From: Escherichia coli 042
GTDB lineage: Bacteria > Pseudomonadota > Gammaproteobacteria > Enterobacterales > Enterobacteriaceae
Length of the DNA stretch: 64,000 nucleotides
Direction: 5' to 3' (one strand)
NCBI RefSeq assembly: GCF_000027125.1
Contig: NC_017626.1
Made by a program: the position numbers and the translations under genes. Shown in pieces: positions 41,005 through 51,141 of the stretch (position 1 is the stretch's first letter; every line of letters starts with the position of its first letter). The notes under the pieces were generated by a model, which worked only from the letters and a program-made list of their open reading frames with translations, made no database searches and was not told where the DNA came from.

Positions 41005-43272
41005 TTACGCTTTCACACACATAACGTGGTAAATACCGTCAATAATTTCTGTCCCTTCTGTTTCGTGTTCAAATCCAGGGAAATGATGGTCCCAGGATTG
41101 CAGCGAGCGTAAATAACTTACTTGCGGACTGTTTTTATCGCCGAAGTTTTCACCAGACAGCAGCATCGGGATTCCTGGCGGATACGGGATAACTGAGTTT
41201 GCCGCGATGCGTCCTGGCAGATTTTCAATGGATACCAGTTCGACATTGTTGTCGACAATCGCGTTGTACGCTTCACGCGGGGTGATTTCCGCCACCGGCA
41301 GGCCGGAATAGGCTTCGTTCAACCGTGCGCCAGGGTTGTTTTCTTTCAGCCAGGCAAACATGGTGTCACCCAGATCGTGAATCCCCATGTTCGCGTAAGT
41401 GTCAGGATATTGTTCAACAAGTTCCGGCATCACCTGCGCCAGCGGTGTGTTGGCGTCATAGTGGCGTTTGAAGGAGCAAAGGGTGTTAACCAGAGTCCCC
41501 CATTTCCCACGGGTTATGCCCATAGAGAACAGGAACATGATTTGGAAGTCAGTGGTGCGGGTAGGCACAATGCCGTGGCGACCAAGCCAGGCAGTGACCA
41601 GCGCCGCCGGAACACCGGTTTCTTCCAGTTCACCATCTTCACCCATTCCCGGAGCAAGGATGCTGACTTTAATCGGGTCGAGCATACTCCAGTTATCCGG
41701 AATATCTTTGAAGCCGTGCCAGCTTTCGCCCGGATGCATGACCCAGCAGTCCTGAACGGTGGTCAGCAGTTTGGTTGGTGCGTCAGCAAAGTCATAGGTT
41801 TTGCCGGTTTGTGGGTCGGTGACGACTTCTTTGTTCCACGGTTTGAAGAACCAGCTACCGTCAGCGGTGAACTCTTTATACAGCCGCGCCATCGCCTGAC
41901 GGAAATCAACCGCTTCGTCGATCACTTCCTGGGTCAGTGACAGGCCGCTGTTGCCGTCCATCATCGACACTGCCACGTCGTTGGATGCACAGATGGCATA
42001 CAGCGGGGAGGTGGTGGCATGCATCATGTAGGCCTGGTTGAAGCGGGAGAAGTTAATCGCCCCACGACCTTCACGTACATGAATATAAGAGGCCTGTGAC
42101 AGTGCATTCAGTAGTTTGTGGGTGGAGTGGGTGGCGAAAACGGTAGGACCGTTGTGATCGCCAGGTTCGCCGCGCATGGCATAGTGATCGGCATAGATCG
42201 GGTTGAAACGTGCATAGCCGTACCAGGCTTCGTCAAAGTGCAGACGATCGGAGGTTTTTTCCAGCAGATCCTGCGCTTCTTTAGCGTTATAACACACGCC
42301 GTCATAGGTACAGTTGGTCACTACGCAGTAAGACGGTTTTTGCCCGGCTTTGTCTTTAGTCAGCGGGCTTTCACTGATTTTCTTCTGCAAGGTTTCAGGT
42401 TGCATTTCCTGCGGATAGATTGGCCCGATAATGCCGTAGCGGTTGCGGCTTGGCACCATGTAGACCGGTTTCGCGCCCGTCAGCATCAAGCCTTGTTCGA
42501 TGGATTTATGGCAGTTACGGTCAACGACCACGACATCGTTATCGGTCATGCAAGCCTGCATGATGGTGCGGTTAGAGCCGGAAGTACCGACGACTACCGA
42601 CCAGGAGCGATCGGCACCAAATACGCGTGCGGCATATTTTTCGCTTTCGCCAAATGCGCCAGTATGGTCAAGCAAAGAACCGAGGGAAGTTCGTTCGATG
42701 CCCATGTCGGTGCGGAACAGATTTTCACCATAGAAGTCATGGTAGAAACGTCCGGCGGGTGTTTTGGTAAAACCAACGCCACCCTGGTGGCCTGGCGCTG
42801 CCCAGGAATATTCATGGATGTCGCTATATTTCATCAGCGCGCTGAACAGTGGCGGCAACAGTTGCTGGCGGTAGCGGGTCATCGCGGCAACGGCGCGTCC
42901 GGCGATAAAGTCGGCGGTATCTTCCAGAATCCAGGCGAATTCATCGACAAGCTCCAGCAGATCCCGGTCCATTGCGGCGAGGGCTTTTTCCCGATCGCCC
43001 AACAGGAAGACCGGCACGTTTTGTTGGCGCTCATGAAGCTTACCGATCAATTGTCTGACGTTTTGATGTTCGTCCGGATGTTCCATTTGATAGCTGAACA
43101 TCAGGCAGTCAATGGCTTCGTTTGAAGAGAGAATGGCAAAACCATCATCAAAGGAGGTGGATTTAATCACGGTAACATTTTGCTGGCTTAAAGCATCTGC
43201 CAGACGCTCAACGGCGTTACCGACCCAGGTGTCTTGATGGAGAAACTCGCTTTCAACAATTAATACTTTCAT
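41005..43272 (-). CDS. adiA: AdiA, biodegradative (acid-inducible) arginine decarboxylase
   Basis: 755 aa from MKVLIVESEF...; PLP-fold decarboxylase with conserved STHKLL lysine motif. Confidence 0.95.
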   Translation of the reverse strand: MKVLIVESEFLHQDTWVGNAVERLADALSQQNVTVIKSTSFDDGFAILSSNEAIDCLMFSYQMEHPDEHQNVRQLIGKLHERQQNVPVFLLGDREKALAAMDRDLLELVDEFAWILEDTADFIAGRAVAAMTRYRQQLLPPLFSALMKYSDIHEYSWAAPGHQGGVGFTKTPAGRFYHDFYGENLFRTDMGIERTSLGSLLDHTGAFGESEKYAARVFGADRSWSVVVGTSGSNRTIMQACMTDNDVVVVDRNCHKSIEQGLMLTGAKPVYMVPSRNRYGIIGPIYPQEMQPETLQKKISESPLTKDKAGQKPSYCVVTNCTYDGVCYNAKEAQDLLEKTSDRLHFDEAWYGYARFNPIYADHYAMRGEPGDHNGPTVFATHSTHKLLNALSQASYIHVREGRGAINFSRFNQAYMMHATTSPLYAICASNDVAVSMMDGNSGLSLTQEVIDEAVDFRQAMARLYKEFTADGSWFFKPWNKEVVTDPQTGKTYDFADAPTKLLTTVQDCWVMHPGESWHGFKDIPDNWSMLDPIKVSILAPGMGEDGELEETGVPAALVTAWLGRHGIVPTRTTDFQIMFLFSMGITRGKWGTLVNTLCSFKRHYDANTPLAQVMPELVEQYPDTYANMGIHDLGDTMFAWLKENNPGARLNEAYSGLPVAEITPREAYNAIVDNNVELVSIENLPGRIAANSVIPYPPGIPMLLSGENFGDKNSPQVSYLRSLQSWDHHFPGFEHETEGTEIIDGIYHVMCVKA

Positions 43273-43470
43273 CATTGCTTACCCGGTTATGAAGGAATCT
43301 TCGTTGCGGGCAAGTATCTTCCGGCCTTTTCGGGCTGTAAAGCGCGTGAAAAACAAACATTTTTGAAATATTTGTTTTTATAAACAATATGTTATGTGAT
43401 TATTTTAAATTATTTTCACTGCTTATTATCGACGGCTAAACTATTTTTTTGGCTGATACTGATATCGTCT

Positions 43471-44379
43471 TTAGCCGGGAAACGTCTGGCGGCGCTGTTG
43501 GCTAAGTTTGCGGTATTGTTGCGGCGACATGCCGACATATTTGCCGAACGTGCTGTAAAAACGACTACTTGAACGAAAGCCTGCCGTCAGGGCAATATCG
43601 AGAATACTTTTATCGGTATCGCTCAGTAACGCGCGAACGTGGTTGATGCGCATCGCGGTTATGTACTGTTTCATCGTCAATTGCATGACCCGCTGGAATA
43701 TCCCCATTGCATAGTTGGCGTTAAGTTTGACGTGCTCAGCCACATCGTTGATGGTCAGCGCCTGATCATAGTTTTCGGCAATAAAGCCCAGCATCTGGCT
43801 AACATAAAATTGCGCATGGCGCGAGACGCTGTTTTTGTGTGTGCGCGAGGTTTTATTGACCAGAATCGGTTCCCAGCCAGAGAGGCTAAATCGCTTGAGC
43901 ATCAGGCCAATTTCATCAATGGCGAGCTGGCGAATTTGCTCGTTCGGACTGTTCAATTCCTGCTGCCAGCGGCGCACTTCAAACGGGCTAAGTTGCTGTG
44001 TGGCCAGTGATTTGATCACCATGCCGTGAGTGACGTGGTTAATCAGGTCTTTATCCAGCGGCCAGGAGAGAAACAGATGCATCGGCAGATTAAAAATCGC
44101 CATGCTCTGACAGGTTCCTGTATCTGTTAGTTGGTGCGGTGTACAGGCCCAGAACAGCGTGATATGACCCTGATTGATATTCACTTTTTCATTGTTGATC
44201 AGGTATTCCACATCGCCATCGAAAGGCACATTCACTTCGACCTGGCCATGCCAGTGGCTGGTGGGCATGATATGCGGTGCGCGAAACTCAATCTCCATCC
44301 GCTGGTATTCCGAATACAGCGACAGCGGGCTGCGGGTCTGTTTTTCGTCGCTGCTGCACATAAACGTATCTGTATTCAT
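43471..44379 (-). CDS. melR: MelR, AraC-family melibiose operon activator
   Basis: 302 aa with C-terminal AraC-type HTH; divergent from melA. Confidence 0.9.
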   Translation of the reverse strand: MNTDTFMCSSDEKQTRSPLSLYSEYQRMEIEFRAPHIMPTSHWHGQVEVNVPFDGDVEYLINNEKVNINQGHITLFWACTPHQLTDTGTCQSMAIFNLPMHLFLSWPLDKDLINHVTHGMVIKSLATQQLSPFEVRRWQQELNSPNEQIRQLAIDEIGLMLKRFSLSGWEPILVNKTSRTHKNSVSRHAQFYVSQMLGFIAENYDQALTINDVAEHVKLNANYAMGIFQRVMQLTMKQYITAMRINHVRALLSDTDKSILDIALTAGFRSSSRFYSTFGKYVGMSPQQYRKLSQQRRQTFPG

Positions 44380-44531
44380 GGATGGCTCTCTTTCCTGGAA
44401 TATCAGAATTATGGCAGGAGTGAGGGAGGATGACTGCGAGTGGGAGCACGGTTTTCACCCTCTTCCCACAGCGGCGAGGGGAGCGTCCGAGCATCATGAG
44501 GCCGAAAACTCTGCTTTTCAGGTAACTTATT

Positions 44532-44581
44532 CCCATAAACTCAGATTTATTGATGCTTCACGTAGGATCTGAGTTTATGGG
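44532..44581 (+). promoter_or_regulatory. MelR operator sites of the melA promoter (inverted pair)
   Basis: cccataaactcagat (44532-44546) and its inverted copy atctgagtttatggg (44567-44581), 20 bp apart, about 80-130 bp upstream of the melA ATG. Confidence 0.7.
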
Positions 44582-44661
44582 AATGCTCAACCTGGAAGCC
44601 GGAGGTTTTCTGCAGATTCGCCTGCCATGATGAAGTTATTCAAGCAAGCCAGGAGATCTGC

Positions 44662-46017
44662 ATGATGTCTGCACCCAAAATTACATTTATCGGCGCTGGT
44701 TCGACGATTTTCGTTAAAAATATTCTTGGTGATGTGTTCCATCGCGAGGCGCTGAAAACGGCGCATATTGCCCTGATGGACATTGATCCCACCCGCCTGG
44801 AAGAGTCGCATATTGTGGTGCGCAAGCTGATGGATTCAGCAGGGGCCAGCGGCAAAATCACCTGCCACACCCAACAGAAAGAAGCCTTACAGGATGCCGA
44901 TTTTGTCGTGGTGGCATTTCAGATTGGCGGTTATGAACCTTGCACGGTGACTGATTTCGAGGTCTGTAAGCGGCATGGTCTGGAACAAACCATTGCCGAT
45001 ACGTTGGGGCCGGGCGGTATTATGCGCGCGCTACGTACCATTCCGCATCTGTGGCAAATTTGCGAGGACATGACGGAAGTCTGCCCCGATGCCACCATGC
45101 TCAACTACGTTAACCCAATGGCGATGAATACCTGGGCGATGTATGCCCGCTATCCGCATATCAAACAGGTAGGGCTGTGCCATTCGGTGCAGGGAACGGC
45201 GGAAGAGCTGGCGCGTGACCTCAATATCGACCCGGCTACGCTGCGTTACCGTTGCGCAGGTATCAACCATATGGCGTTTTACCTGGAACTGGAGCGCAAA
45301 ACCGCCGACGGCAGTTACGTGAATCTCTACCCGGAACTGCTGGCGGCTTATGAAGCAGGGCAGGCACCGAAGCCGAATATTCATGGCAATACTCGCTGCC
45401 AGAATATTGTGCGCTATGAAATGTTCAAAAAGCTGGGCTACTTCGTCACGGAATCGTCAGAACATTTTGCTGAGTACACACCGTGGTTTATTAAGCCAGG
45501 TCGTGAGGATTTGATTGAGCGTTATAAAGTACCGCTGGATGAGTACCCGAAACGCTGCGTCGAGCAGCTGGCGAACTGGCATAAAGAGCTGGAGGAGTAT
45601 AAAAACGCCTCCCGGATTGATATTAAACCGTCACGGGAATATGCCAGCACAATCATGAACGCTATCTGGACTGGCGAGCCGAGTGTGATTTACGGCAACG
45701 TCCGTAACGATGTTTTGATTGATAACCTGCCACAAGGATGTTGCGTGGAAGTAGCCTGTCTGGTTGATGCTAATGGCATTCAGCCGACCAAAGTCGGTAC
45801 GCTACCTTCGCATCTGGCCGCTCTGATGCAAACCAACATCAACGTACAGACGCTGCTGACCGAAGCCATTCTTACGGAAAATCGCGACCGTGTTTACCAC
45901 GCCGCGATGATGGACCCGCATACTGCCGCCGTGCTGGGCATTGACGAAATATATGCTCTTGTTGACGACCTGATTGCTGCCCACGGCGACTGGCTGCCAG
46001 GCTGGTTGCACCGCTAA
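44662..46017 (+). CDS. melA: MelA, alpha-galactosidase (GH4, NAD/Mn-dependent)
   Basis: 451 aa; N-terminal Rossmann motif (KITFIGAGSTIF); GGAG RBS. Confidence 0.95.
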   Translation: MMSAPKITFIGAGSTIFVKNILGDVFHREALKTAHIALMDIDPTRLEESHIVVRKLMDSAGASGKITCHTQQKEALQDADFVVVAFQIGGYEPCTVTDFEVCKRHGLEQTIADTLGPGGIMRALRTIPHLWQICEDMTEVCPDATMLNYVNPMAMNTWAMYARYPHIKQVGLCHSVQGTAEELARDLNIDPATLRYRCAGINHMAFYLELERKTADGSYVNLYPELLAAYEAGQAPKPNIHGNTRCQNIVRYEMFKKLGYFVTESSEHFAEYTPWFIKPGREDLIERYKVPLDEYPKRCVEQLANWHKELEEYKNASRIDIKPSREYASTIMNAIWTGEPSVIYGNVRNDVLIDNLPQGCCVEVACLVDANGIQPTKVGTLPSHLAALMQTNINVQTLLTEAILTENRDRVYHAAMMDPHTAAVLGIDEIYALVDDLIAAHGDWLPGWLHR

Positions 46018-46664
46018 GGGGTTATCGCTTCCGGCGCTCTGGTTATCAAGCCAAAGCGCCGTAGCTGGCGGCAATGCAAGCGAGCGAGGAATATCACCGT
46101 CGTTAATGCGCCAAGCAGCGCGCAGAACATATCGGATTGCGTGTCCCACTGGTCGCCCTGGGTGCCGAGAAAATCATCCGCTCCCTGACCCATTGCCAGC
46201 GCCGCCCACCACTCGATTAATTCATACATCGCGCTTATCGCCAGCGCCACGCAACAGACCAGAAACGCCACCATTTTACGTCCGCGAACGTACATCCCGC
46301 GCACAAGGATCTCACGTGCCACCAGTGCAGGCACCAGCCCCTGGAAAAAATGCCCCAGCTTGTCATACGGATTACGGCTCAACCCCAGCCATTCCTGCAC
46401 CTCAAAACCAACGGGGACTTTCGCGTAGGTGTATTGTCCGCCGACCATCAGGATGATGGCGTGAAAGAAAATGAGCGTATAGAGCAGCGGCGTTAACGGA
46501 TAACGTCTGGCGGTGGCAAGCAGTAGCGGCACGACAATAATCACCGGTGTCACTTCCATCAGCCAGGTGAGTTTGTCATGGGCCGAAATGCCGGTATAAA
46601 TCAGGATTAACGTTAGCGCCAGTGCGCCGGTGTTAAGAATTAACGGCTTGAGTGTGCGGGTCAT
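46014..46664 (-). CDS. yjdF: YjdF, inner membrane protein (C-terminus probably altered)
   Basis: 216 aa hydrophobic ORF; its stop (complement of 46014-46016) overlaps the melA stop codon by 2 nt. Confidence 0.8.
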   Translation of the reverse strand: MTRTLKPLILNTGALALTLILIYTGISAHDKLTWLMEVTPVIIVVPLLLATARRYPLTPLLYTLIFFHAIILMVGGQYTYAKVPVGFEVQEWLGLSRNPYDKLGHFFQGLVPALVAREILVRGMYVRGRKMVAFLVCCVALAISAMYELIEWWAALAMGQGADDFLGTQGDQWDTQSDMFCALLGALTTVIFLARLHCRQLRRFGLITRAPEAITP

Positions 46665-46786
46665 GGTGAGTTCGCAAGTCAGGGAAAATACTGACTATTC
46701 ACCAGCAAGCGTGAAATTACAATCGTAAAAGAGGTGGCCCAGGGGGATCACCTGGCAGCATGCTGCCAGGCGCTGGGCCGAAGAGG

Positions 46787-48433
46787 TTACTTAGTGCAGT
46801 TCGCGCACTGTTTGTTGACGATTTGCTGGAAGAAGTCGTTACCTTTGTCATCGACCAGGATAAACGCCGGGAAATCTTCTACTTCGATTTTCCAGATAGC
46901 TTCCATACCCAGCTCTGGATAAGCGACGCATTCCAGATGCTTGATGCTCTGCTGCGCCAGTACCGCCGCCGGACCGCCGATGCTACCGAGGTAGAAGCCG
47001 CCGTGTTTATGACACGCGTCGGTAACCTGCTGACTGCGGTTACCTTTCGCCAGCATGATCATGCTGCCGCCGTGGGATTGCAGCAGATCCACGTAGGAGT
47101 CCATACGACCTGCGGTAGTTGGGCCAAGTGAACCTGATGGATAACCGGCAGGGGTTTTCGCCGGACCCGCGTAGTAGATCGGGTGATCTTTGATGTACTG
47201 CGGAAGTTCTTTACCGGCGTCAATCAGCTCTTTCAGCTTGGCGTGTGCAATATCTCGACCCACAATAATGGTGCCGGTGAGCGACAAACGAGTGGAAACC
47301 GGATATTGCGAAAGCTGGGCGAGGATCTCTTTCATCGGGCGGTTAAGGTCGACCTTCACCGCTTCGCCTTCACCGGCCTGACGCAGTTCTTGTGGAATGT
47401 ACTGGCCTGGATTGTGTTCCAGTTTTTCGATCCAGATACCTTCGCGGTTGATTTTCGCTTTAATGTTACGGTCAGCGGAGCAGGAGACGCCCATGCCTAC
47501 CGGGCAGGATGCGCCGTGACGTGGCAGACGGATAACGCGAATGTCGTGCGCGAAGTATTTACCGCCAAACTGCGCGCCAAGACCGAGTTTCTGGGCCTCT
47601 TCCAGCAGTTCCTGTTCCAGCTGGACATCGCGGAACGCCTGACCATGTTCGTTCCCTTCCGTCGGCAGCTCATCATAATAGTGAGCGCTTGCTAACTTGA
47701 CGGTTTTCAGGTTGGTTTCCGCAGACGTACCGCCAATCACAAACGCGATATGGTACGGCGGGCAGGCTGCCGTACCGAGGGTACGCATTTTCTCAACGAG
47801 GAAGTTTTTCAGTTTGCCGGGAGTCAGCAGAGCTTTGGTTTCCTGGTAGAGATAGGTTTTGTTGGCAGAGCCGCCGCCTTTAGCGACACAGAGGAATTTG
47901 TACTCATCGCCATCTACCGCGTACAGGTCGATTTGCGCAGGCAGGTTAGTGCCGGTGTTGACCTCTTTGTACATGTCCAGCGCCGCATTCTGTGAATAGC
48001 GCAGGTTATCTTCGATATAGGTGTTATAGACGCCTTTCGACAGCGCTTCTTCATCACCGCCGCCGGTCCACACGCGCTGACCTTTTTTACCGACGATGAT
48101 CGCGGTGCCGGTGTCCTGGCAGGTCGGCAGCACGCCTTTGGCGGCGATTTCGGAGTTTCTTAAGAATTGCAGCGCCACGTACTTGTCGTTTTCGCTGGCT
48201 TCTGGATCTTGAAGAATAGCCGCGACCTGTTTCTGGTGTGCCGGGCGGAGCATGAAAGAAGCGTCGTGAAAGGCTTGCTGCGCCAGCAGAGTCAGGGCTT
48301 CTGGTTCCACTTTCAGGATGGTTTCACCGTCGAAGTCGGCAACGCTAACGTAATCGGAAGTGAGTAGATAGTATTCGGTATTGTCTTTCCCCATCGGGAA
48401 AGGTGCCTGGTAGATAAAGGGTTTGTTTGACAT
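46787..48433 (-). CDS. fumB: FumB, class I (Fe-S) anaerobic fumarate hydratase
   Basis: 548 aa; class I fumarase; immediately downstream of dcuB. Confidence 0.95.
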   Translation of the reverse strand: MSNKPFIYQAPFPMGKDNTEYYLLTSDYVSVADFDGETILKVEPEALTLLAQQAFHDASFMLRPAHQKQVAAILQDPEASENDKYVALQFLRNSEIAAKGVLPTCQDTGTAIIVGKKGQRVWTGGGDEEALSKGVYNTYIEDNLRYSQNAALDMYKEVNTGTNLPAQIDLYAVDGDEYKFLCVAKGGGSANKTYLYQETKALLTPGKLKNFLVEKMRTLGTAACPPYHIAFVIGGTSAETNLKTVKLASAHYYDELPTEGNEHGQAFRDVQLEQELLEEAQKLGLGAQFGGKYFAHDIRVIRLPRHGASCPVGMGVSCSADRNIKAKINREGIWIEKLEHNPGQYIPQELRQAGEGEAVKVDLNRPMKEILAQLSQYPVSTRLSLTGTIIVGRDIAHAKLKELIDAGKELPQYIKDHPIYYAGPAKTPAGYPSGSLGPTTAGRMDSYVDLLQSHGGSMIMLAKGNRSQQVTDACHKHGGFYLGSIGGPAAVLAQQSIKHLECVAYPELGMEAIWKIEVEDFPAFILVDDKGNDFFQQIVNKQCANCTK

Positions 48434-48510
48434 AGCTTCCAGCCTGTAACTCTGTATTTGTTATTCGAAAATGGCGTGCCGCGTAGTGACGGGCGGCACG
48501 CAAAGTGCAT

Positions 48511-49851
48511 TTATAAGAACCCGTACATCGCGGCGAAGATCCAGCCGAAGACGCACGATACGCTCACACCAATCAACCCCGGCAGAATAAAGCTGTGGTT
48601 AATGACGAAGCGACCGATGTGGGTGGTGCCGGAACGGTCAAACTGAATCGCTGCCAGATCGCTCGGATAAGTCGGCAGGATGTAATAACCGTAGCAAGCC
48701 GGTGCTGAAGCCACGATGTATGCCGGATCAACGCCGATCGCCAGCGCGACCGGAACAATCGCCGCCAGCGCCGCAGCCTGAGAGTTTACAAACTTGGAAA
48801 CCAGCAGCAGAACAATGGCATAGGCCCACGGATACTCTTTCACCATTTCGCCCAGTACGCCCTGAATTTCAGACATATGTGCACCGAACATGGTTTCTGC
48901 CATCCATGCGATACCGTACACCGCCACGATGGCGATCATACCGGAACGGAAGACTTCGTTTTTTGAGATAGACGCGGGATTGGTTTTGGTCAGGATAATA
49001 ATCAGCGCCCCGGTCAGCAGCATAAACATCTGAATAACCAGTACCATCGACAGCGGTTTGCCACCGAAGGATGGACGCAGGTCCGAATCAGCACCAAGAA
49101 GGGCGACTACAGCGATTGCCCCGAGGAAAATCCACATTGCCAGCCAGTTGCTTTTCGGCAGTTTTTTATCCAGCAGCGTCGCGGTATCACCGTAAACATA
49201 CTCACGGTTTTCCGGTACGGAGATGAATTTCTGGAACTCTTCGTCTTTATCCAGATCTTTACCGCGGAACCAGCTGAAGATACCGATCGCCAGGATACCG
49301 ATTAACGTCGATGGAATGGTGATTGCCAGCAGGTCGAGGAACTCAAGATGGCGACCATCAAAGGTGACATTACCCAGCATCGCAACCAGAGACACGACTG
49401 CAACCGACACCGGACTGGCGATAATCCCCATCTGTGCACCAATAGAACTTGCCGCCATCGGACGTTCCGGACGGATATTGTTCTTAATAGCAACGTCGTA
49501 GATGATCGGCAGAATGGTGTAAACCACATGACCCGTACCGCAAAGAATGGTCAGCGTACAGGTCACAAACGGCGCGACAATTGAGACATATTTCGGGTTA
49601 CGGCGCAGCAGCTTCTCGGCAATTTGCAGCATGACATCAAGACCGCCCGAAGCTTGCAAGGTCGCCGATGCCGCCACCACCGCAATGATAACCAGCATGA
49701 CATCAACCGGTGGTTTACCTGGCTGAAGGTGGAAGACGAAGACCAGAATGACCAGACCGATACCGCCTAATAAACCCAGCGCGATACCACCCTTTCTGGC
49801 ACCATAAAACAGACATATCAGTATTATGATAAGTTGGATAGTAAATAACAT
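48511..49851 (-). CDS. dcuB: DcuB, anaerobic C4-dicarboxylate antiporter
   Basis: 446 aa polytopic membrane protein; context with dcuSR and fumB. Confidence 0.95.
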
Positions 49852-50421
49852 GTGTGAACCCTCGCGATAATCCTATTTAAATTTTTGCTGAATAGATCAC
49901 AGTCACGTTCTGTTTTGTATGAACTGTTTTCAGAGCCTGACTAAATATCCGTTTGGTCGTTACCGGCTTGAGCAAATACCTCACAGTGAATATTGGCTGA
50001 TTAAAGCAGCGGCAAATTTATGCACTGTGATAAGCGGCTTTTTCAGAGAGAAAGACTCTCTGGCGATGGGTTTATAGTTTGTACAACGCAGATGTTAATG
50101 TTTTGTTTGCTTCTATCTTATTGATATTTATCGGTCTGTTTTTTGTTCTCAGGGCAGATGTCATTAGGTTTATAGATTAATCTGATCTACCCATTTGTGG
50201 GTAAAAATACACATAATGCGGGTGACATAATAGTTAATTAACTTTTGTTAGCGTTTTGAAATTAAAAACACCGTTCATCTGAAGAGATATTAATTTTTAA
50301 CGATGATGGAGGGATAATTATATTTGATCTGGCACAAGTTTTACTGATGAAGAATGTAACTTGTGCCAGGAATATTTTGCATTACAGTAATAATTATTAC
50401 TTACAGATAACCAGCGATCCG

Positions 50422-51141
50422 TTATTGGCAATATTGTTTCAGCAGTGAGTAGTGTTCTGCCTGAATTCGGTAACGGTAAACCGGACGCCCCGTTACGCCA
50501 TAATGGATACTGGTGAACAAGATGTGGCAGTTGACCAGCCAGATGAGGTATTTACGGCAGGAAACACGTGAGATGTTAACCTCGTTGGCCAGCTCGTCGG
50601 TTGAAAACTCATAGTCCTGATGCGCGTCAATCCACTGGCACAGCGTGCGTAACGTCTGCGGCGTTAAGCCTTTTGGCAAGCGACGAGGATCCTGTTCGTT
50701 GGAGCTGCTGCCGTGGATTAGCTGATCAAGCTCGGCCTGGTCATAATACTGATGTTTTTCCAGCGCCATTTTCTTTTGCCGCCAGCCGGTGAGCGCCTCT
50801 TCAAAGCGGGAAGCCTGGAAGGGTTTGATCAGGTAATCCACGACACCGTAATGCAGCGAATCTTTAATGGTTGCCGCATCGGCTGCGGAGGAGATGACAA
50901 TCACATCACTTTTGCAACGCGCGTTATGCAGGACAGGCAGTAAATCGAGCCCGTTCTCTTTTTGCATATAGATATCGAGCAATATCAGGTCGATAGGCGT
51001 ATCGCTATCGAAGATAATCTCTTTGGCTTTCTCCAGCGTCGAGGCTGTTCCACAGCATTGAAAGCCCGGGATTTGTGCCACGTATCGGCGATTCAGCTCC
51101 GCGACCATTGCGTCGTCATCGATAATTAATACATTGATCAT
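50422..51141 (-). CDS. dcuR: DcuR, response regulator for C4-dicarboxylate metabolism
   Basis: 239 aa with receiver domain (MINVLIIDDD) and C-terminal HTH; overlaps dcuS stop. Confidence 0.95.
   Translation of the reverse strand: MINVLIIDDDAMVAELNRRYVAQIPGFQCCGTASTLEKAKEIIFDSDTPIDLILLDIYMQKENGLDLLPVLHNARCKSDVIVISSAADAATIKDSLHYGVVDYLIKPFQASRFEEALTGWRQKKMALEKHQYYDQAELDQLIHGSSSNEQDPRRLPKGLTPQTLRTLCQWIDAHQDYEFSTDELANEVNISRVSCRKYLIWLVNCHILFTSIHYGVTGRPVYRYRIQAEHYSLLKQYCQ

Noticed and set aside
50329-50345. TGGCAC motif as a second sigma-54 promoter
   Set aside because: Spacing and -12 element do not fit (TGGCAC-AAGT-TTTAC lacks the conserved GC); more likely one arm of the inverted repeat reported above.
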